This document shows positions 57,222 through 64,000 of a stretch of DNA of 64,000 nucleotides, one piece after another (within the stretch, counting starts at the first letter, position 1; the number at the start of each line of letters is the position of its first letter). The DNA lies in assembly GCA_052426225.1 (NCBI GenBank), contig JBNJNM010000007.1:124001-188000 (forward strand), written 5' to 3'. Origin of the DNA: Zancudomyces culisetae HAW-14-8. Its lineage: Eukaryota; Fungi; Kickxellomycota. The notes beneath the pieces are model-generated. The model saw only the letters and a list, made by a program, of their open reading frames with translations. It was not told where the DNA came from and did not search any database. The position numbers were made by a program, and so were the translations under genes.

Positions 57222-58982
57222 TGTTAATACTACTTGCCTTTAGTTACACTATTTCGGACTTTTTTATAAACACTTTTTTTTTAGTTTTTTAATATTTTTT
57301 TTACCCTTTGTAATAAAGTGATTACTCGTTCCTTTATTTTTATAAATTAATATATATATATATTTACAATGAAAATTAGAGAAAGAGAATACTAGAGATA
57401 TTTACGAATTTTTTTTAATAAAAAAGGAATTTTCAGACTATAATGATTAATACTATTTATTGGTTTTAGTACTGATACAATTAAATATATACTAACATTT
57501 TGTAGATTTATTCTTAAATATCATTCCATTCATATCCAAAAGAAATTTCTGATTACTTGAAATACTTGTAAAAGTAGAATCTGGAATCAAAAAGATATCA
57601 CTACAAGTGGAGAACATCTGGAAAACAATTTTAAAAAAAGACTGGGGATGTGAGTGGGTGGGTGGGTGGGTTAATTGAAGAAATACTATGAAATCAAGAA
57701 CAAAAGAGAATTGAGAATTCGGGCAACAAGCAATTATGTGCTTTTTTTCTTATTAATATCTGTAATTAATATAGCTATATTTCCGATTGTGAGACTAGAG
57801 CAACTGGATAGTGAAGAGGAGGAGAATAAAGGGGAGGAGGGGGAGGGGGAGGGGGGAAGTAGGGTGACGATTTTCATCCTGATCATTTGGGATTGGGTAT
57901 TTGTGAGCACTGCCCAATTAGTTTCAAAGAGTAGTGCAAAAAAAAAAAGAAAAGTAAAAAAGAACCTCCACCTCCACAAACCAACCCTTATTAATATCAC
58001 ACTTCTCCTCCGCCCCTCCTCCCCTTCCTCCCCCCCCATCCCGTCTTCATCCTGTCTCCACCCGATCTCGTCCCTCACTTCCTCACTCCCTAATTCTTTC
58101 CAACGTAATCTAGTATAAAAAATGAAATTTACGAGTCTGGGCTGAATTTATTTTATAAGTTCTAGAACTAGAAATAAAAACCGAGCCTACAAGTAAAGGG
58201 GACAGCAGAAGAGAAAGGGAGAGGTGTGAGAAGGAGGGAGAGGGAGAGAGAAGATGAGACAAATAAATTTCAATCATCGATTAGTTAATTCTGTATAACA
58301 ATAATGGTAATAACAATAACCTCACTCACAATACTAAAAAGAAAGGGGGTAGTAAAGAGGGATTTTGATAAGCACATTTCTACTAATTTAATATACCTGA
58401 AAAAAATAGGGTTTACATCTTGCCCATTAAAACCATCAAAATGTTGCAACAAAGTAGAACTCAACAGTCATCCATATATCATACTTTTTGGGTCTTGTAA
58501 TCCAAGCTCATATTATTGATTGTAGATAACCAAGAGTACTCGTTGTTGATCTGAATATCTGCGAGTAACCAACCTACCATACTAGTTATGTAACCGTACA
58601 GTGGTTGGTACTTGAAAATGAATTTGATTAAAGGGAAAGCACACACACACACACATACATACATACACACGTACCGACCTCTATCTTGCCTCATCTTTTC
58701 TTTTATTGTTATTTTGTCCTAAATAATTTTGACCTATTCTTTTTATTTTATAGGTGGATCAATAGAAAAAATATATACAAACATTACTTGAATTTCAATA
58801 TAGTTTAAAATTTTTTTCTATTTTATAGTTGAAATAAAAAGTATCCACATCCACATCCACATAAACTTTCTCTTAAAAAAAAAGAAAAGAAAAGAAAAGA
58901 AAAGAAACTCGGTCTAAATAGGAATATATAAACACAAGGGACAAAGAAAAAAAAGTTATAACCCACGTTCACCCTGTTAACA

Positions 58983-60386
58983 ATGGACAAGTCACTAAAA
59001 AATATAGCTGGTGGAAAGGAATCAGCGGGGATAAATCTCAAATACAGCAAACTAAACCTCGAACGACAAGCATTTCTCGAAAAGGCAATAGTGACAATGG
59101 CCAAGTACAGTCGACAAACCAGCGCGTTTTTAACAGCTAGGTACCAGGAACTAATAGAATCCGGTGAATATGGGCGAGACAATTGGAAGGTGATTGATAG
59201 TAGAAATGGCAAGTCAATTGTTAGCCAACTGGCAAAAACAGTGGTTGGCGTGGATATAAGAGAGCAAAGGCCCTTGCAACAAGCGGAATTGCAACCAAGA
59301 ATGGGGGAGTTTGTGGTAATGGGTAATAAAAGACAGCTGGAAGGTATGAACTTGGCTGGAGCAAAAGCCGCCGTTGGCAAAAATGAAGGTAAAGAAAATA
59401 GAGAAGGTAAAGAAGGTAAAGAGGGCAAAGAGGACAAAGAGGGCAAAGGTAGTGATACAAGTCTAAGTGGGGTGTTGAAAATTGATACGGAAATTGAAAA
59501 AATGAACGGAAACAAGTTGGGACTGTTATGTTGTGAAAAATGCAGGTTGGTACAACTACCCAGTTATACAACCAGAAAACGAGTACAATATCACCAGGAG
59601 TCTAATAATAACAATAACAATAATAATAATAATAAAAGACAGAAAAAACAAAAAAGTGAAACCAACAACACTAACGAAACTGGGTGTGAAAAAAATGTAA
59701 AACAAAGGGGTAACAAGCATGGTGGTGGTAAAAGAAAAAAAGGAAAAGTAGGAGGAGGTATGCTGGAGATAATCCTGACTTGTAAACTATGTGACCATGC
59801 GAATAAAATAAAAGTGTTGGCAAATAAACCTAGAGACATTACAAAACTCGAGAAAGTAAAAGAAAAGAAACCAATTGATAAAGTAGGAGGAGGAGTACAA
59901 GTACAGGTCAGTGAGAGTACCAATGTCATTCAACCGTCGGGATCTATGCAACCGCAATTACAGCCACAGATACAAGTTGAAGAGCAGCAGGTTTTACAAA
60001 AAGAGACCAAACAGCTGACACCGTTGGAGAGGAGACAGCTGGAGCTCAAAAAGGCCAAGAAAAAGGCGGCCAAGAACAACAAGGTTGGATCATCTACAAC
60101 TACAACCAATACTAATACTACTACTACCGCTACTACAACTACAACTACAACTATTGCAAATACTGGCGCATCCTTTCCTGTTGATAAAAAAATGAACAAC
60201 AACAACAACAACAACAATAATAATAATAATAACATTAATATTAATATTAATAGCAATAAAATGAAGCTAAAGATGATGTTGATGAAAAGTCAGCAAAACT
60301 TGGCAGGAGGAACAAGTAATAATAATGATAATGGAGGAGGAAGTAAAGGAAATCTTTCATTGATGGATTTAATGAAAAGAAAATAA
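58983..60386 (+). CDS. RPR2: RNase P/MRP Rpr2/Rpp21/Snm1-family zinc-ribbon protein with low-complexity insertions
   Basis: ERQAFLEKA (cf. R-x-x-Y/F-L-x-x-A), CEKC...LP...RKRV and LTCKLCDH zinc ligands, Lys-rich tail ending LSLMDLMK. Confidence 0.65.
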   Translation: MDKSLKNIAGGKESAGINLKYSKLNLERQAFLEKAIVTMAKYSRQTSAFLTARYQELIESGEYGRDNWKVIDSRNGKSIVSQLAKTVVGVDIREQRPLQQAELQPRMGEFVVMGNKRQLEGMNLAGAKAAVGKNEGKENREGKEGKEGKEDKEGKGSDTSLSGVLKIDTEIEKMNGNKLGLLCCEKCRLVQLPSYTTRKRVQYHQESNNNNNNNNNNKRQKKQKSETNNTNETGCEKNVKQRGNKHGGGKRKKGKVGGGMLEIILTCKLCDHANKIKVLANKPRDITKLEKVKEKKPIDKVGGGVQVQVSESTNVIQPSGSMQPQLQPQIQVEEQQVLQKETKQLTPLERRQLELKKAKKKAAKNNKVGSSTTTTNTNTTTTATTTTTTTIANTGASFPVDKKMNNNNNNNNNNNNNINININSNKMKLKMMLMKSQQNLAGGTSNNNDNGGGSKGNLSLMDLMKRK

Positions 60387-60526
60387 TAAACAGTAGAGCA
60401 AGAACGAAAACAAAACAAAATAAATAAATAATATAAATAAACAAATAAATATAAATGTTATTATTATTATTATTATTGTTATATTATAATTAGAATTAAT
60501 ATTAATATTAATAATATTTTTTTTTT

Positions 60527-63500
60527 TTAGACAGTAGATAACAAACTATAAAGAATATGTCTAACAGTATAAAAATCGGGAGAAATGTTTCCAACAACCA
60601 TAAGACCACCAGAATCAGGGACAAGTTTGATAAACAGGTCATTTTTGTTACCGATGGATAAAATACCATTGCCTTTAAACATGGCTTTGATGGAGTAGTG
60701 GGAGGTGAGGATGGATTTGATGAGGGAGAGTTTTATGTTGCCAATGAGTACAGAGTCGGAGTGGTAGATTAAAGACTCGACATTTGGAAGATCCAACATG
60801 AGGTTTTGGAAATTTTCCTCAATATCTTGGGTATTGATTGTGGGTTGTTGGAGAGAATCGGTAGAGGTAGAAATAGAAGTAGAAGTAGAAATAGAAGTAT
60901 CAGGGTTGGTGGATGAAGTGTTTGTTGGTTGTTCGATGGTAGTTGATTGGTGAGGTAAGGCTGGTTTGTTTGTATGGATGGATCTCCAAAGACCTTTTAT
61001 TTTAGAAATACTGGTGATGTTTGCAGTATTAACCAACGAAGATCTGGGATTTGTAGAAAAAGAAGTAGAAGTAGAGAGCGAATTGGGTTTGACAAGGTTC
61101 TTGTTGGTAGAGTAACTGTTTAATGAATCCTGAAGTTTTGTAAAGAGAGTGAAAGGATTTCTGGGATGGAGATGGTCATCAGCATCGTGATCATCAGGAT
61201 TACTGGCATTCTTGGCCTTGTGGAAAGCACCAGTAGATGAAGGATGTTTGTTGTCAGATAGATAGTAGGTAGGATAATTGAATTTGGTTTTGTTTAATAA
61301 AGCATCGGATAATTTCAAATTGACACCAAATCCCAACAAAGCAGACCCAAGATTATTATTGATACTATTATTACCGACACTTGTTGGTAAGGATAATAAA
61401 GAGGTTGAAGAAGTTGACAAGGTTTGGTACAGATTTGGAGTGAAAATAATGTTTGTGAGATGTTTATTGGTCGAAATAAGCTGAGAAAAATATGTTTTGT
61501 TTGGAAGGTCGGTGTTGATTACCACAATTTTGGCGGGGTTTAGTTGGGACACAATATTGACAATGGATTTGCTATCCGCCAACCCTTCAAAGTCCACATA
61601 ATCCAAAAGCAGCCGCCCAAGTTCCTGGTGTACAGGTTTGTTGACGTATTTGTACGCTTTTTTTCGAATGTACCTTTTATCAATTGTGGTATTGACACTG
61701 TTGCTATTGGAAAGCACATCGTTTGTGTGGCTATTTTCAAGACTTGTACTTACTTTACCCTCTGTATTTTGTATAGTTTCACTCTTTTTCACACCCTCTT
61801 CTTCTTCTTCCTCCTCATCTTCTTCTCCCTCTGATGATGATGAAGATGATGAAGATGATGATGAGAATATCAAATCTTCAACTATATCGTCCTGGCTTTT
61901 AGGATTAGTCATCTTGAGTCTCTTGTTAGTTTCAAGTCTTTCATTCTCTCCATAAACATCGTTACTACCACCGTTTGTAGAAGTTATACTTCCATGATTT
62001 GGATTCAATAATTTATCAAAATTAAACGAATATTGATCAAGCACTTGACCATATTCCGTAAATGTTCTCTTTTTTTCATTGAATGGAAACAAAAAAGTAG
62101 TATTGCTTTCATTGGCATAGCTAGATAACGTGTTGGCAAAATAGTAGTCATGAATTATTCCAGAACTCAGTTTGGCGAGACTCGATGTTTTCAGGTTGTT
62201 TGTAGGGTTATAGTAGTAGCCGGCACTGTTTATAGCGTTCAAATTGTTTTGCATAAGTGACGTGCCAGTTCTGGTTGTTCCTAGTTGCTGGGCGTTTTCT
62301 TCACCATTCACATTCACTTGTCCCTGACCTTGCCCTTGCCCTTGCCCTTGATCTTGGTCTTGATCTTGGTCTTGGTCTTGTCCCTGACCCTGTTGAAGTA
62401 AATGTTCCATTTCTTCCTCCATCAAAATCTGCTGTTCTGCTTGTCTTTCTATTTGCTTCTTTCTATGCTGTTCAACAAATTCTTCAAGTTCTTTTCCTTT
62501 CAACATTTCTTTTTCGTACTTTGATATATTGACTGTAACATTCTCCAATTTTACGCTTTGACCCAAAGGAATATTCAATAAATCTATATCTGTATCTACA
62601 CCTACACCTACACCTACACCTACACCCACATCTACATCCATATCCCCATGTTTTTGTTTTTGTTTTTGTTTTTGTTTGCGCTGATTCTCTATTTCTCGGT
62701 TTTTGGCTAACCATAATTCGTATAATTGTCTAGATAACGAATTTGTTCCTCCTTTTTCTGTTAATAACAACATTGTCTGTGGCGAATTTTTATTACCATC
62801 ATTTCCATTATTATTATTATTATTATTTGTATTATTATTTGTATTTTTATTATTATTACCACTATTATTACTATTGTTGTTGTTTGTAAATAAAAGTTTA
62901 AACAATTTTTTGGAATATCCAAATTCCAAATCTTCTCCAACTGCCAAAATAACCTTTCGACTCATTGTATTTACATTAGATGTCTTTGCCTTCATTATCT
63001 TGTACAGCTTTTTCATATCTCCAGCAATTTTGACATTCAACAGTTCAAATGGATTCTTGCGCCTTGAATTTTCATAATTCCCTCCTCCTCCCCCTCCTCC
63101 TCCACTACCTCCAACACCTTCATTCATCCATTCCAACATAGACTGGCTGAACCGAAGTGTCGTCGATCCCATACTAGATACCATTATTGCCTGACTTCCC
63201 CTCGGTATCTTGCTGCTATCCATTATCCGGTCGATCATGTACAACATCTCCAAACTACGGCTTGATACGTCTACTGGTATCAGTATATTTCTACCTTTTG
63301 TCAGCTGCTCTACAATTGTTTGCTTGAGCCGCTCTTGTCGTTTGCGAAGTGTCGGTAGATTTCGGTTAATGTTTCCTGTTTCGGTTATTAACAAGCTAGG
63401 TCTGACCAATTCCTTTATAATATGTCCCTTGTATAGCAGCCCGGTCGCATTTAGATGTGCTTCCTTGACTAGATTGTATTTAACCAAATACAAAACTTGC

Positions 63501-63991
63501 TCGGTAGGTGTTTTTATCCTCCATATCGATCCTCCCAGACTATGCCCTGAAGGAATCGCTACAATCTCGAATTCTCTCAGCTTTCTACTATATGTATTTC
63601 CTCCTCCTCCTCCACTCCCTCCTCCGACTCCCATAATTCTGTTATTTTCACCACCAAGACGCTGTGAAAACCGAATCCCTGTTATATGATCAAATGCCTT
63701 GTCCACATGTTCCAATAACAGCTCCTTTTGTTTAAGATTTGCCTGCCATTCCAAACACAATTCCTTACAAGTTATCCGTCCCATATTTTTCACTGGAATT
63801 GTCGAATATGCTGGACATTTAAGCCCCAGATGTGTATACGCTGCTGCATAATTTCCGATATGCTCCTTTGTGGACTGCGAAAGTAGTACTAGATCAATGT
63901 TTTTTGCATATTTTTTCAACTCGCTGTTTAAAACTTGTTGTACTTGCCCGGTACCCCCCACAATCTAATAGGATCTTGACTCCATCCAATT
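60527..63991 (-). CDS. CFT2: Cleavage and polyadenylation specificity factor subunit 2 (CPSF100/Cft2); 5' exon(s) outside the window; apparent +1 frameshift at 63954-63959
   Basis: LDGVKILLDCG (just upstream, in another frame), IDLVLLS, SGHSLGGSIWRI, YNLVKEAHLN, RPSLLIT, FSQSMLEWM, YVDFEGLADSKS and the C-terminal IGNIKLS...FYTVRHILYSLL. Confidence 0.92.
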
Positions 63992-64000
63992 CTAGTAAAT

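Overview
Eukaryotic, AT-rich, gene-dense fungal DNA with short GT-AG introns and many hexamer microsatellites that encode dipeptide repeats. The gene content and style suggest an early-diverging zoopagomycete such as a Harpellales gut fungus (inference). I can support about 17 host protein-coding genes, several absent or fragmented in the ORF track: an edge-truncated 708-codon membrane protein, EF1B, GET1, a proline iminopeptidase, a MYSM1-like protein, a fungal TF, an ankyrin protein, CCDC47-like, two PMP3-family genes, ICT1/Pth4, EMG1, a mitochondrial carrier, a Uds1-like coiled-coil protein, THOC7, a secreted CBM19-like protein, RPR2-like and CFT2/CPSF2. There is also an intronic U18/snR18 snoRNA and a tRNA-Ile(AAU) gene. 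The main finding is a pair of different, intact Ty3/gypsy LTR retrotransposons, each with identical LTRs, stacked head-to-tail 3 bp apart. Their interlocking 4-bp target-site duplications show that they inserted one after the other, 9 and 10 bp upstream of the same tRNA gene. This points to a position-specific, tRNA/Pol III-targeting retrotransposon system. Secondary highlights are a candidate structured, frame-preserving TGA-containing cassette exon next to the snoRNA in EF1B, GC-AG introns in THOC7, convergent genes with stop codons 1 bp apart, and a shared promoter motif on EF1B and EMG1.
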